Shown: positions 37,556 to 47,106 of the stretch, one piece after another | How the letters are laid out: every line of letters starts with the position of its first letter | How positions within the stretch are numbered: the first letter of the stretch is position 1 | Source: Chloroflexota bacterium | Lineage (GTDB): Bacteria; Chloroflexota; Dehalococcoidia; Lucifugimonadales; GCA-2719675 | DNA: 64,000 bases | Assembly (NCBI GenBank): GCA_002719675.1 | Contig: PBID01000019.1 | Location: forward strand, 38,556-102,555 | Direction of reading: 5' to 3' | The notes under the pieces: generated by a model | Databases searched by the model: none | What the model saw: the letters and a program-made list of their open reading frames with translations, nothing else | What the model was told of the DNA's origin: nothing | Position numbers and translations under genes: made by a program

Positions 37556-38785
37556 TTAAGACAATAATTTACTAAAAATGTTTTTTGAAAATTGTAAATT
37601 TTCTGATTGGTTTAAATTAAATGAATTTGATGCTGTATTTTCGCTTGCTAAACGTAGAGTCCCTATCAAGGTAGAATATATTTGATTATTCAAGATATCT
37701 TGAAATTTGGTACTTTCTATATAAGGTTTTGCGATTCTTACTGGTGCACAGAAATGTTTGGATATAAGGTTGGATAATCCTGGAAGATTTGAGCCACCAC
37801 CTGTTAGTACAAATTGAATATCGTCCTTTTCTTCACATATATTTTCTAATGAAATTCGTAATAATTGGCATAATTCTGTAGCTCTTTCTCTGGTTAATAA
37901 AGCTATATCTTTGATATCAATTTGTATTGTTTCTCCAGTTTCTTCACTGATTGAATCTACGGTGTCAGAGTTGGATGCATCCCATTGGGCAGATCCGTAT
38001 TTTAATTTCAATTCTTCAGCATTTTTGAGTGAAATACCTGTTACGAAAGCTATATCTTTGCTGAAATTTATTCCTCCGATTGGAATAATTTTCAGATAAT
38101 TTAAATCTCCAGAATTAAAAACACCTATGTCTGTAACTCCTGCTCCTATATCAATAACTACTGTTTGGCCAAGTTTTTCTGATTCAATCAAAGTCGATTC
38201 TCCACTAGAAGAAATGTTACTTGCGAAATGGAGTGTGTTAATTCCTGTATCTTTAATAGATCCTTCTAGTTTGTCGATTAGATTGATTTCTCCGGTTACG
38301 ACCCTATAAACGAATTCCATGTTACTTCGGTGCATTCCAGTCGGATCTTTAATTTCAAAAGAATTGTCGAGCCTATACTTTGTATTTAAATGTTCAAAGA
38401 CAGCTCTTTTTTGGTCTAATATTTTATGCTTTTGTTCTATGTTTTTTTCGTATAAGTCGAGGTCTTCAGAAGTGATAATTTTATTTTCGAGTTTATTGCC
38501 ATGTGAATTAGACATCGATTTTATTTCTAGGTGAGAGCCTGAAATATTTGAGTAAGCATTTGTTATAGGAATCCCTGTCATTTTCTCTACATCAGATTTC
38601 ACTTTAGCAACAGCCAATGTGATCGATTCTTGATCTGATATATTACCTTTGCTTAGACCGTTAGAATCAGTGCTGCTAAATCCTATGATTTTTGTGTGAT
38701 TTTCAGAGATTTGTTCAGCACTTAAGATGCATACTTTAGATGTTCCAACGTCAATTGCGTTGATTATGTTGTTGTATTTTTGCAT
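37556..38785 (-). CDS. ftsA: Cell division protein FtsA (actin-like ATPase)
   Basis: 'AIDVGTSKVCIL', 'VIDIGAGVTDIGVF', 'VLTGGGSNLPGL'. Confidence 0.9.
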   Translation of the reverse strand: MQKYNNIINAIDVGTSKVCILSAEQISENHTKIIGFSSTDSNGLSKGNISDQESITLAVAKVKSDVEKMTGIPITNAYSNISGSHLEIKSMSNSHGNKLENKIITSEDLDLYEKNIEQKHKILDQKRAVFEHLNTKYRLDNSFEIKDPTGMHRSNMEFVYRVVTGEINLIDKLEGSIKDTGINTLHFASNISSSGESTLIESEKLGQTVVIDIGAGVTDIGVFNSGDLNYLKIIPIGGINFSKDIAFVTGISLKNAEELKLKYGSAQWDASNSDTVDSISEETGETIQIDIKDIALLTRERATELCQLLRISLENICEEKDDIQFVLTGGGSNLPGLSNLISKHFCAPVRIAKPYIESTKFQDILNNQIYSTLIGTLRLASENTASNSFNLNQSENLQFSKNIFSKLLS

Positions 38786-38809
38786 CTTGATTACTCCAGT
38801 AATTTTATT

Positions 38810-39748
38810 TCAAAGTTTTTCAGCTAAGCGTAATTTGGCGCTTCTACTTCTTGGGTTTTCTTTTATTTCACTTTCAGTTGGTTTTATAATTTTATTTGAA
38901 ATGACTTTCATAGATGCCTTGTGTTCACAAATACATTCAGGTATTTGATCGGGACAAACACATTGTTTTGAAGCATTTCTAAGGATATTTTTAACTATTC
39001 TGTCTTCTAGAGAATGGTAGCTAATCACAGCAAGTCTTCCAGATTTTTCAAGTACATCCATCGCTTGGTTTAAGCCTTCTTGGATGTTTTGAAATTCTTT
39101 ATTCACCTCTATCCTGATTGCTTGGAATGACTTGGTTGCTGGATGAATCCCCTTTCTATTATTTTGTTTTCCGATTGCTTTAATGATTATTTTAGAGAGT
39201 GTATACGTATCTTTGATTGGTCTATTTTGGACTATAGATTTGGCTATTTTATTTGCTCTTGGTTCCTCCCCGAACTTCAAGATAATCTCTCTTAGATTAG
39301 ATTCTGGATAATTATTAACAATTTTTTCAGCATCTATGATTTGGTTTGTATTAAATCTCATATCTAATTTTTCAGTTTTTGAAAAACTGAATCCTCTATC
39401 TGGTTTTTCAATTTGAAAAGAGGATAATCCTAGATCAAATAAAACTCCGTTCACTTTCTCATAGCCCATTTTGCCAATAATTGTTTTTAAATTAGCGAAA
39501 TTGCCATGTGATAAACAAACCTTATCCTTATAATTTTCAAGCCTTTCTTTTGTGGTTTTAAGTATAAATTTGTCAAGATCGATTCCTAAAACTTGTTTTG
39601 GAGAATTTTTTGATTGTAATAAATGTAAAGCATGTCCGCCTTCTCCAATTGTACAGTCCAAATAAATGCCGTTTTTAACAATCTCCAGACCTAAACCAAT
39701 CTCATTTTTCATCACTGGAACATGTTCTACTTTGATAGCTCCAGCCAA
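38810..39748 (-). CDS. rsmH: 16S rRNA (cytosine1402-N4)-methyltransferase
   Basis: 'HVPVM', 'YLDCTIGEGGHA', 'GVLFDLGLSSFQ', 'VISYHSLEDRIVK'. TTG start. Confidence 0.93.
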   Translation of the reverse strand: MAGAIKVEHVPVMKNEIGLGLEIVKNGIYLDCTIGEGGHALHLLQSKNSPKQVLGIDLDKFILKTTKERLENYKDKVCLSHGNFANLKTIIGKMGYEKVNGVLFDLGLSSFQIEKPDRGFSFSKTEKLDMRFNTNQIIDAEKIVNNYPESNLREIILKFGEEPRANKIAKSIVQNRPIKDTYTLSKIIIKAIGKQNNRKGIHPATKSFQAIRIEVNKEFQNIQEGLNQAMDVLEKSGRLAVISYHSLEDRIVKNILRNASKQCVCPDQIPECICEHKASMKVISNKIIKPTESEIKENPRSRSAKLRLAEKL

Positions 39749-39947
39749 ATCACTCTCTCTTGATCAATATTTATTGCTATTTTGTTACTTTTTGCCACGA
39801 AACACAGTCATACTAAACGTGATACACTGTGTTGGATGTATGAAGTTTGACAGATATTTTGTATTCAGCGCAAGGTAATTTTATATCTAGTTTTTGACTT
39901 TTTTAAAAAACTGTTTAAAAACTTTTTAAGTTTATAGGTGATTTTTA

Positions 39948-40430
39948 GTGGTTTCAGTTGCAATATTGACAATAAGTGATTCAAGATATTCTGGTTCCAA
40001 TCAAGATGTTAGTGGAGATATGGTGAGTAAAAATATCAAAACTCATGGGTTTCAAGAAGTCTACAGAGGTATAGTTCCCGATAATCAAGAAGAAATACGA
40101 AGTAAATTGATTCAATTATCGGATGATGAAAAAATTAATGTTATTTTAACTACTGGTGGAACAGGATTAGGCCCAAGAGATTGTACTCCTGAAGCTACAA
40201 AAAAAATCTTAGATTTGGAAGTTCCCGGGATTTCTGAAGCTATGAGAATTGAAACTAGAAAAAATGCAGATACTTCAATACTTAGTAGAGGAATTTCTGG
40301 TTTGAGAGGGAATTGTTTGATTGTGAATTTACCAGGGAGTCCAAAAGCTGTTTCCGAATGTTTGAATTCAGTAATTTCTGTTATTGGACATGCAGTGGAA
40401 ATGTTAAGCGGCCGTACAGAACATCAATAA
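39948..40430 (+). CDS. mogA: MogA/MoaB-family molybdopterin adenylyltransferase
   Basis: 'VAILTISDS', 'ILTTGGTGLGPRDCTPEA', 'PGSPKAV'. GTG start preceded by AGGTGA. Confidence 0.85.
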   Translation: MVSVAILTISDSRYSGSNQDVSGDMVSKNIKTHGFQEVYRGIVPDNQEEIRSKLIQLSDDEKINVILTTGGTGLGPRDCTPEATKKILDLEVPGISEAMRIETRKNADTSILSRGISGLRGNCLIVNLPGSPKAVSECLNSVISVIGHAVEMLSGRTEHQ

Positions 40431-40443
40431 TATTTTCTAAAAA

Positions 40444-41211
40444 ATGATATTTCATATTTTAACAATTTTTCCAGAAATATTTTCTAGTTTTGTTGAAACT
40501 GGAATTTTAAAAAAAGCAATTGAAAAAAACAAAATTGCAATACACAGGCATGATATCAGAGATTTTTCAGATGATAAAAATAAGAATATAGATGATTATT
40601 CATTTGGTGGAGGCTCTGGGATGATAATGAAACCTGATCCAATTTTTAAAGGTGTTGAGTCAATCAAAAATAATTTTTCTGGAATTGGTTCTAATGATAT
40701 GCCGGTGATTCTACTTAGTCCACAAGGTAAGAAGTTGGATCAAAAATTGGTAGAGGAGTTATCTCAAAAAAAATCTCTTATTCTAATTTGTGGACGTTAT
40801 GGAGGTATAGATCATAGAGTTAACAAATATCTTGCAACTGAAGAAATTAGCGTGGGAGATTTTATTCTGTCTGGAGGTGAAGTTGCAGCAATGTCAATTA
40901 TAGAGTCTGTTTCGAGATTGATCGATGGAGTAGTTGGTTCGAAAGAGTCGGTAGAAAAAGATTCTTTTACTAGTGGACTATTGCAGCATCCTCAATATAC
41001 TAGGCCATCTAAATTTCGTGAATGGGAAGTACCTGGTAAGTTACTTTCAGGAAATCATAAGGAAATATTGAAATGGCAACGCCGTGAGTCAATATTGAAA
41101 ACTTTTTTAGAGAGGCCAGATTTGATTAAAGATATTAACTTAACTCCAGATGATCAAAAAATAATAGATTCTATTAAATCTAAGAGAGATAAACCTAATA
41201 ACTCCCAATAA
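40444..41211 (+). CDS. trmD: tRNA (guanine37-N1)-methyltransferase
   Basis: 'FHILTIFPEIF', 'DDYSFGGGSGMIMKPDP', 'LICGRYGGIDHR', 'SVGDFILSGGE'. Confidence 0.95.
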   Translation: MIFHILTIFPEIFSSFVETGILKKAIEKNKIAIHRHDIRDFSDDKNKNIDDYSFGGGSGMIMKPDPIFKGVESIKNNFSGIGSNDMPVILLSPQGKKLDQKLVEELSQKKSLILICGRYGGIDHRVNKYLATEEISVGDFILSGGEVAAMSIIESVSRLIDGVVGSKESVEKDSFTSGLLQHPQYTRPSKFREWEVPGKLLSGNHKEILKWQRRESILKTFLERPDLIKDINLTPDDQKIIDSIKSKRDKPNNSQ

Positions 41212-41341
41212 CTCTATTTAAAACAGTTATACTTCTTGCGTGATTCGCTGATTCAGTTCATAATTATAGATACTTATTTAATTCATGAATAAGATCATCA
41301 AGTTTATCCATTATGTTATTGTGTTTTTTGGGAGATTTAAT

Positions 41342-41680
41342 TTGGATGCTCATGGTTTATTAGTTTTAGAAAATAATTCCAATATCCAGGATTTTAGTTC
41401 TGGCGACACTGTTCGTGTCAATATAACAATTAAAGAAGGCGAACGTGAAAGAGAGCAGGCCTTTCAAGGTGTTGTAATTCGCAAACGAGGTAATGGACAT
41501 GGATCTTCCTTTACTTTACGTAGAGTTTCAAACGATGTTGGTGTTGAACGTACATTTTTAACCTATTCTCCTCTAATCAAATCTCTTGAAGTAGTTAAAA
41601 AAGGTAAAGTTCGCAGAGCCAGATTGGGCTATTTGAGAGGTCTATCTGGTAAGAAAGCAAGAATTAAAGAAGGTTCATAG
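41342..41680 (+). CDS. rplS: 50S ribosomal protein L19
   Basis: '[29 protein letters not shown]', '[11 protein letters not shown]', 'KARIKE'. Start placed at the TTG at 41342, 7 nt after GGGAG. The tracked ATG at 41285 adds 19 hydrophobic non-L19 residues. Confidence 0.88.
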   Translation: MDAHGLLVLENNSNIQDFSSGDTVRVNITIKEGEREREQAFQGVVIRKRGNGHGSSFTLRRVSNDVGVERTFLTYSPLIKSLEVVKKGKVRRARLGYLRGLSGKKARIKEGS

Positions 41681-41802
41681 TTTTCTTTTTGTCAAACTGA
41701 ATTCCCTAATATTTTAGTATTGGTACAAAAGTTCATTTTGTTTTATTTTTTTACTTTTGTAAATTTCAAAATAAATATAATAAAAACTCCACTTGAAATC
41801 TG

Positions 41803-41831
41803 TTGACGCACACAATATATAGTGGTATTGT
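41803..41831 (+). promoter_or_regulatory. Candidate promoter of nrdR-nrdJ (TTGACG-17 nt-TATTGT)
   Basis: -35 at 41803-41808 and -10 at 41826-41831. The spacer is almost entirely the NrdR-box-like palindrome. Confidence 0.45.
41810..41825. promoter_or_regulatory. NrdR box (operator)
   Basis: ACACAATATATAGTGG matches the published 16-bp NrdR-box palindrome acaCwAtATaTwGtgt at 15 of 16 positions. Sits between -35 and -10, upstream of nrdR itself. Confidence 0.65.
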
Positions 41832-41882
41832 CATATTGCTATACGAACTGTTGTATGTGTCTTTCTTAATTTAAACCTTTGG

Positions 41883-42452
41883 ATGTTCAAGTTGATTTGT
41901 CCTTATTGTAGGCATGAAGATATTAGAGTTGTTGATTCTAGAGATTCAGGAGATGAGATTCGTAGACGTCGAGAGTGTTCAGTTTGTTTGAGAAGATTTA
42001 CTACTTATGAACGAGTGCAAACAAGAATTTTTCAAGTAGTTAAGAAAGACCAACGTAGAGAAGAGTTAAATACGCAGAAATTATTGGGAAGTTTATTTAA
42101 TGCTTGTGCTAAACGTCCATTACCTGTAAAGGCAGTTGAAAAAATTAGCAAAGAAATAGAAACAGAAATAATGAATTCTGGAAGATCTGAAATTTCTTCG
42201 AAAATTATCGGAGATATGGTTATGGATCATTTACGTAAATTGGATAGAGTAGCTTATATTAGATACGCTAGTGTTTATAGAAGTTTTCAGGATATTGAAA
42301 CATTTAAAAATGAAATAGATGCTTTATTGGATCCACAGCCTGTTGATCCAGAAATGGAAAATCAGCTTTCATTTTTACCAGATACTTCATTAGGTAAGAA
42401 GGGTAATAGACGTCGTGGAAGACCGAGGAAGGAATCTATCCCGGCTTCTTGA
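41883..42452 (+). CDS. nrdR: Transcriptional repressor NrdR with a C-terminal AT-hook-like extension
   Basis: Zn ribbon 'CPYCRH...CSVCLRRFTTYE', ATP-cone, then an extra tail ending 'KKGNRRRGRPRKESIPAS'. Confidence 0.93.
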   Translation: MFKLICPYCRHEDIRVVDSRDSGDEIRRRRECSVCLRRFTTYERVQTRIFQVVKKDQRREELNTQKLLGSLFNACAKRPLPVKAVEKISKEIETEIMNSGRSEISSKIIGDMVMDHLRKLDRVAYIRYASVYRSFQDIETFKNEIDALLDPQPVDPEMENQLSFLPDTSLGKKGNRRRGRPRKESIPAS

Positions 42453-42549
42453 AAAATGTTAATAATTTAAATGTAAAATGGGCTGTTTAATTTATTAGAA
42501 TTAGGTTTTAATAAGCCCGTTAATATAGATGAAGAGTAAGGAGATAGCA

Positions 42550-44901
42550 ATGTACACAAAAGACCATCTGAATTCCGCCAAAATGGATTTGACAGAAAAT
42601 TCCAGGATAGTCTTGGAAAAACGATATTTAAGAAAGAATTCTGATGGAGAGATTATTGAAACTCCTGAAAAGATGTTTGAAAGGGTAGCTAGTGCAATTG
42701 CTGAGCCAGAAAATTTGTATGGTGACACGGGGGATTTTAGTTATTGGCAAGGTCGTTTTTATGAAATAATGCACACCTTAGAGTTTGTTCCAAATTCTCC
42801 AACAATTATGAATGCAGGAACTGGCGCAGGTACCCTATCTGCATGTTTCGTAATGGGATTAGATGATAGCATGGAAGATATTATGACTACCGCAAAGGAA
42901 ACTGCCATGGTTCAAAAGTATGGTGGTGGCACAGGTTTTGCGTTGTCAAAAATTAGACCTAAAGGTAATCCTATATCTACTACTCATGGGCAAGCTTGTG
43001 GACCTGTTTCTGTTTTGCGACATTTATCTTCAGTATCAACGTTGGTTACTCAGGGTGGTAAGAGAGATGGAGCTAACATGGCAGTCATGGATGTGCATCA
43101 TCCTGATATTTTAGAATTTATTGAGTGTAAACAAGAAGAAGGTCAAATACATAATTTCAATATTTCTGTTGGAGTTTCTGATGAATTTATGAATGCCGTA
43201 AAGAACGGGACTTCTTATGAGTTACGTGATCCTGAATCAGGTGAAGTTGTTGATAAAATTGAGGCAAGCTTAGTTTTTGACAAAGTAATTGAAGGTGCTT
43301 GGCGTAATGGAGAGCCAGGTGTAATATTTTTAGATAAAGTAAATGCTGATAATCCTACTTTGAATATAGGTAAAATGACAGCGACAAATCCATGTGGAGA
43401 GCAACCTTTATTACCATATGAATCTTGTAATCTAGGTTCTATAAATTTAACGAAGTTTGTAATAGAAGATAGCGATGTTAAATCTTTAGACTGGGATAGA
43501 CTTAAGGAAGTTGTTCATGTTTCAACCAGATTTCTAGATAATGTTATTGATGCAAATGTATATTCTGTTGATAAGATTGAAAATATGACAAAATCTACTC
43601 GCAAAATTGGTTTAGGAGTTATGGGTTTTGCTGATATGTTGGTTCAATTAAATGTTCCTTATGATTCCGAAGAAGGATTATCTTTGGGTAGAAAGTTAAT
43701 GAAATTTATTCGTAGTGAATCTGATGAGATGTCTAAAACTTTAGCATCTGAGAGAGGCGTTTTCCCTGCTTTCGAAGGAAGTAAATATGATTCTACTGAC
43801 GGTTTTGAAGTAAGAAACGCATGTCGTTTAACTGTTGCTCCCACAGGTACCATATCAATGATAGCAGGATGTTCTAGCGGTATAGAACCTCTGTTTGCAC
43901 TATGCTACCACAAGCATAATATATTGGGTGGTGAAAGTTTATTATATGTTGATAAAGGGTTTGAGAAAGTTGCAAAAGAGGGAGGTTTTTATAGTCAAGA
44001 ATTATTAAATTATTTAGCAGATGGCGGGTCATTACAAGAAAGAGATGATGTTCCAGATTGGGCTAAAAGGTTATTTGTTACTTCTTCAGATATTTCTCCT
44101 GAAATGCATGTTCGAATGCAAGCAGTATTCCAGGAAAGTGTAGACTCAGCCATTTCTAAAACAATTAATTTCCCAAATTCTGCTTCAGATGATGATGTAC
44201 GTAGTGCATATCTTTTAGCTTGGGAGTTAAGTTGTAAAGGTATAACAGTTTACAGGGCCGGTAGTCGTGACGCTGAAGTTTTGACTGCAGGAAAAGAAAA
44301 AGATTCATCAGAAGAAAATAATGTTGAAAGTACTGATAATACTAATTTGAAATCAGAGATGCTCACAGAAAGACAAAGGCCTAAAGTACTTTCAGGTGTT
44401 ACTGAGCGAGTTAGAACTGCTCATGGGAATCTATTTGTCACTATTAATTATAATGAGGAAGGCAAGCCTTTCGAAGTTTTTGCCTCTTTAGGTAAAGCAG
44501 GAAGTACTGAGTCTGCGCAACTTGAAGCTATAACCAGATTAACTACTATGTCTTTGAGAGCGGGAGTTGAACCTAGTCAGATTATACAGCATTTGCAAGG
44601 GATTACAGATGAACCAATTTGGGATAAAGGTTCTTTAGTGAGATCAACTCCGGATGCAGTAGCACAAGTTTTAAGTCGTCATTTATTAAAAAACAATTCA
44701 ATAGATGTTAATACTTCATCTGATGTTGAACAGCTTGGATTGTTCGTCGGAGATAGCACAGAAGAAGTAATTAAAGAATCTGAATCTAGTGAAGAAGTTT
44801 TAGTTAAAAAACTTGCTTGTCCGGATTGTTCTATTGGTGTTTTAGTCCACCAGGAGGGGTGTTTGCGTTGTGCAGATTGTGGATATAATAAATGCGAATA
44901 A
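42550..44901 (+). CDS. nrdJ: Class II (adenosylcobalamin-dependent) ribonucleoside-triphosphate/diphosphate reductase
   Basis: 'LEKRYL', 'SACFV', 'NPCGEQPLLPYESCNLGSINL', 'TVAPTGTIS', C-terminal Cys cluster 'CPDC...CLRCADCGYNKC'. AAGGAG sits 6 nt before the ATG at 42550; the tracked 42529 start has no RBS. Confidence 0.93.
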   Translation: MYTKDHLNSAKMDLTENSRIVLEKRYLRKNSDGEIIETPEKMFERVASAIAEPENLYGDTGDFSYWQGRFYEIMHTLEFVPNSPTIMNAGTGAGTLSACFVMGLDDSMEDIMTTAKETAMVQKYGGGTGFALSKIRPKGNPISTTHGQACGPVSVLRHLSSVSTLVTQGGKRDGANMAVMDVHHPDILEFIECKQEEGQIHNFNISVGVSDEFMNAVKNGTSYELRDPESGEVVDKIEASLVFDKVIEGAWRNGEPGVIFLDKVNADNPTLNIGKMTATNPCGEQPLLPYESCNLGSINLTKFVIEDSDVKSLDWDRLKEVVHVSTRFLDNVIDANVYSVDKIENMTKSTRKIGLGVMGFADMLVQLNVPYDSEEGLSLGRKLMKFIRSESDEMSKTLASERGVFPAFEGSKYDSTDGFEVRNACRLTVAPTGTISMIAGCSSGIEPLFALCYHKHNILGGESLLYVDKGFEKVAKEGGFYSQELLNYLADGGSLQERDDVPDWAKRLFVTSSDISPEMHVRMQAVFQESVDSAISKTINFPNSASDDDVRSAYLLAWELSCKGITVYRAGSRDAEVLTAGKEKDSSEENNVESTDNTNLKSEMLTERQRPKVLSGVTERVRTAHGNLFVTINYNEEGKPFEVFASLGKAGSTESAQLEAITRLTTMSLRAGVEPSQIIQHLQGITDEPIWDKGSLVRSTPDAVAQVLSRHLLKNNSIDVNTSSDVEQLGLFVGDSTEEVIKESESSEEVLVKKLACPDCSIGVLVHQEGCLRCADCGYNKCE

Positions 44902-44967
44902 AAAAGAATGTGTGATTAGAAGAAATTCTAAAAATAGTTTTGTTGTTCGGATTGTATTGGTATACAT

Positions 44968-45993
44968 ATGAACTTAGAGGGCAATATTGATAATAACCAT
45001 TTGATTGCTGTAACAATGGGTGATCCAGCAGGAATTGGACCAGAAGTTTGTATAAAAGCTATGTCAGAAGTTCAAGTCCCTGAGAATTGTACGCTACTCT
45101 TATTTGGAAATATTCTTTCTGCTCAAAACGCTATGGATTCGTATCCTCAAGGAAATAAAAAAATATTTCCTGTAAAAAATATTAGAGATATTTCATTTGA
45201 TTCTGGTTTGATCAATGTTTTTGAAGTAGATGATCTTAAAAAAGATGATTTTAAAATAGGCGAAGTTTCTCCTGAAGCAGGACAAGCTTCTGTTGAATAT
45301 GTTTTGAAAGCTGGACAATTTGCTATTGATGGTGAAGTTTCAGCTATCGTAACTGCTCCGATTAATAAAGAGTCTTGTAGATTAGCTGGTTTTGAAGATA
45401 TAGGACACATGGAAATTTTTCAGTCTCAATCTAACTCAAAAGAAGTGGCAACAATGTTGATTGCTGAAAATTTAAGAGTAGTTCACTTAACAACTCACAA
45501 GTCTCTAAAGAATGCCTGTGGATATGTAACTAAAGAAAATGTTTTAAATAAAATCATTTTGACAAATACTCATTTTCAGAAATGGGGCTTTAAGGAACCT
45601 AAAATTGGAGTTTGTGCTTTAAATCCACATGCTGGAGATGGGGGTTTAATAGGAGATGAGGAAGAAAAACATATTTTGCCTGCAGTTAATGCAGCGCAAG
45701 AAATGGGAATTTCTGCTTTTGGTCCTGTTCCAGCTGATAGCATATTTTATAGGGCAATTCAATCAGAATTTGATGTTGTTCTTGCAATGTATCATGATCA
45801 AGGTCACATACCTATTAAAGTGTATAATTGGGAAAAAAGTATTAGTGTGAATTTAGGTTTGCCATTTATCAGGACTTCAGTAGACCATGGAACTGCGTTT
45901 GATATTGCTGGGAAAGGTGTAGCACAGCATACAAGCATGTTGGAGGCTATAAAAACTGCGATTAATTTAATCGTCAAATCTAAGATATATTAA
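44968..45993 (+). CDS. pdxA: 4-hydroxythreonine-4-phosphate dehydrogenase
   Basis: 'MGDPAGIGPEV', 'ALNPHAGDGG', 'AMYHDQGHIP', 'TSVDHGTAFDIAGKG'. Confidence 0.9.
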   Translation: MNLEGNIDNNHLIAVTMGDPAGIGPEVCIKAMSEVQVPENCTLLLFGNILSAQNAMDSYPQGNKKIFPVKNIRDISFDSGLINVFEVDDLKKDDFKIGEVSPEAGQASVEYVLKAGQFAIDGEVSAIVTAPINKESCRLAGFEDIGHMEIFQSQSNSKEVATMLIAENLRVVHLTTHKSLKNACGYVTKENVLNKIILTNTHFQKWGFKEPKIGVCALNPHAGDGGLIGDEEEKHILPAVNAAQEMGISAFGPVPADSIFYRAIQSEFDVVLAMYHDQGHIPIKVYNWEKSISVNLGLPFIRTSVDHGTAFDIAGKGVAQHTSMLEAIKTAINLIVKSKIY

Positions 45994-46019
45994 TTGATTA
46001 TTTATTTCAGGAGATTCTA

Positions 46020-46826
46020 ATGAAGATTGGATTTATTGGAGGAGGAGTAATGGCTGAAGCTATTATGAAAGGTATATTAGATGTTTCTCTGGTCAAACCT
46101 GAGAATTTATTTGTAAGTGATTTGGATAGTCAAAGGTTAGAGTACCTGAATAAAACGTTAAATGTTTTTGGTGTTGAATCTAATATAGAGGTTGTAAATA
46201 AAAGCGATATTGTTATTCTAGCGATCAAACCACAAAATATTAAAGAAGTAATGATAGAGTTAAAAGGAAATTCTATTCTTGATAAAACTTTTTTGTCTAT
46301 TGTTGCAGGTGTAAAAACTGAAATTCTTCAAGAAGGCTTAGGAGTTGATTCAATTATTAGAGTGATGCCTAATACTCCAGCTCAAATAAAAAAAGGAATG
46401 ACTGTTTGGACGAGTTCCAAAAGCGTACCTTCTGTAACTTTATCTTTTAGCAAAAAAATTCTTGGTGTTTTGGGAGAAGAGTTGTACGTAGAGGATGAAG
46501 ATTTGATAGATATGTCTACTGCATTAAGTGGTAGTGGACCAGCATATATGTTTTTGTTTATGGATGCTTTAATAAACGCTGGAATTAATATTGGAATGTC
46601 CAAAGAAATGTCAGTTAAATTAGTTAGACAAACACTTTTAGGGAGTATCGAGTTAGCAATAGGGAGTGAATTTGAACCTACAAAGCTTAAAGAAATGGTG
46701 ACATCTCCGGGTGGCACTACTGAAGCTGCACTTGCTAAACTTGAAGAAGGTGGTTTTTCTGATCTTGTATCAGAAGCGGTTTGTTCAGCATTTGAAAGAG
46801 CAAAATTTCTTGGAGGGAAAAAATGA
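46020..46826 (+). CDS. proC: Pyrroline-5-carboxylate reductase
   Basis: 'IGFIGGGVMAEAI', 'RVMPNTPA', 'VTSPGGTTEAAL'. Confidence 0.92.
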   Translation: MKIGFIGGGVMAEAIMKGILDVSLVKPENLFVSDLDSQRLEYLNKTLNVFGVESNIEVVNKSDIVILAIKPQNIKEVMIELKGNSILDKTFLSIVAGVKTEILQEGLGVDSIIRVMPNTPAQIKKGMTVWTSSKSVPSVTLSFSKKILGVLGEELYVEDEDLIDMSTALSGSGPAYMFLFMDALINAGINIGMSKEMSVKLVRQTLLGSIELAIGSEFEPTKLKEMVTSPGGTTEAALAKLEEGGFSDLVSEAVCSAFERAKFLGGKK

Positions 46827-47092
46827 TTAAATTATTTTTTGATATATTAGAAGCAGTTGTGGTTTTACTAGAGTTATCTATTTTTGCCACAGTTTTAATG
46901 TCTTGGATTTCTCCTGAAGGTAAGGGTTCAATTAATGAAATTTTGCATCAAATTACTGATCCGATTTTAGGACCTATTAGAAAAATAGTTCCTCCTTTGG
47001 GGATGTTTGATTTTACTCCAATGATTGCTATTTTTGTTTTGCAATTTCCCGTGATGTATATAATTAGGTTTTTAGAAGTTACTTTAAGTTAA
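46823..47092 (+). CDS. yggT: YggT-family integral membrane protein
   Basis: 89 aa, two hydrophobic segments, 'ITDPILGPIRKIVPPLGMFDFTPMIA'. The proC-yggT linkage is common. Confidence 0.8.
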   Translation: MIKLFFDILEAVVVLLELSIFATVLMSWISPEGKGSINEILHQITDPILGPIRKIVPPLGMFDFTPMIAIFVLQFPVMYIIRFLEVTLS

Positions 47093-47106
47093 AGGGAAAA
47101 ATTAAT

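Noticed and set aside
39801-39833. 8-bp perfect inverted repeat AACACAGT / ACTGTGTT in the rsmH-mogA divergent region (possible operator)
   Set aside because: An 8-bp inverted repeat with a ~17-nt spacer is expected many times by chance in 64 kb. No second copy or associated regulator was seen.
41724-41761. 9-bp inverted repeat TACAAAAGT / ACTTTTGTA after rplS as a terminator
   Set aside because: The stem is almost pure A/T, the loop is 20 nt, and no T-tract follows.
42453-42549. Cobalamin riboswitch in front of the B12-dependent nrdJ
   Set aside because: The spacer is only 97 nt and AT-rich, far too short for a cobalamin riboswitch, and has no B12-box-like G+C-rich core.
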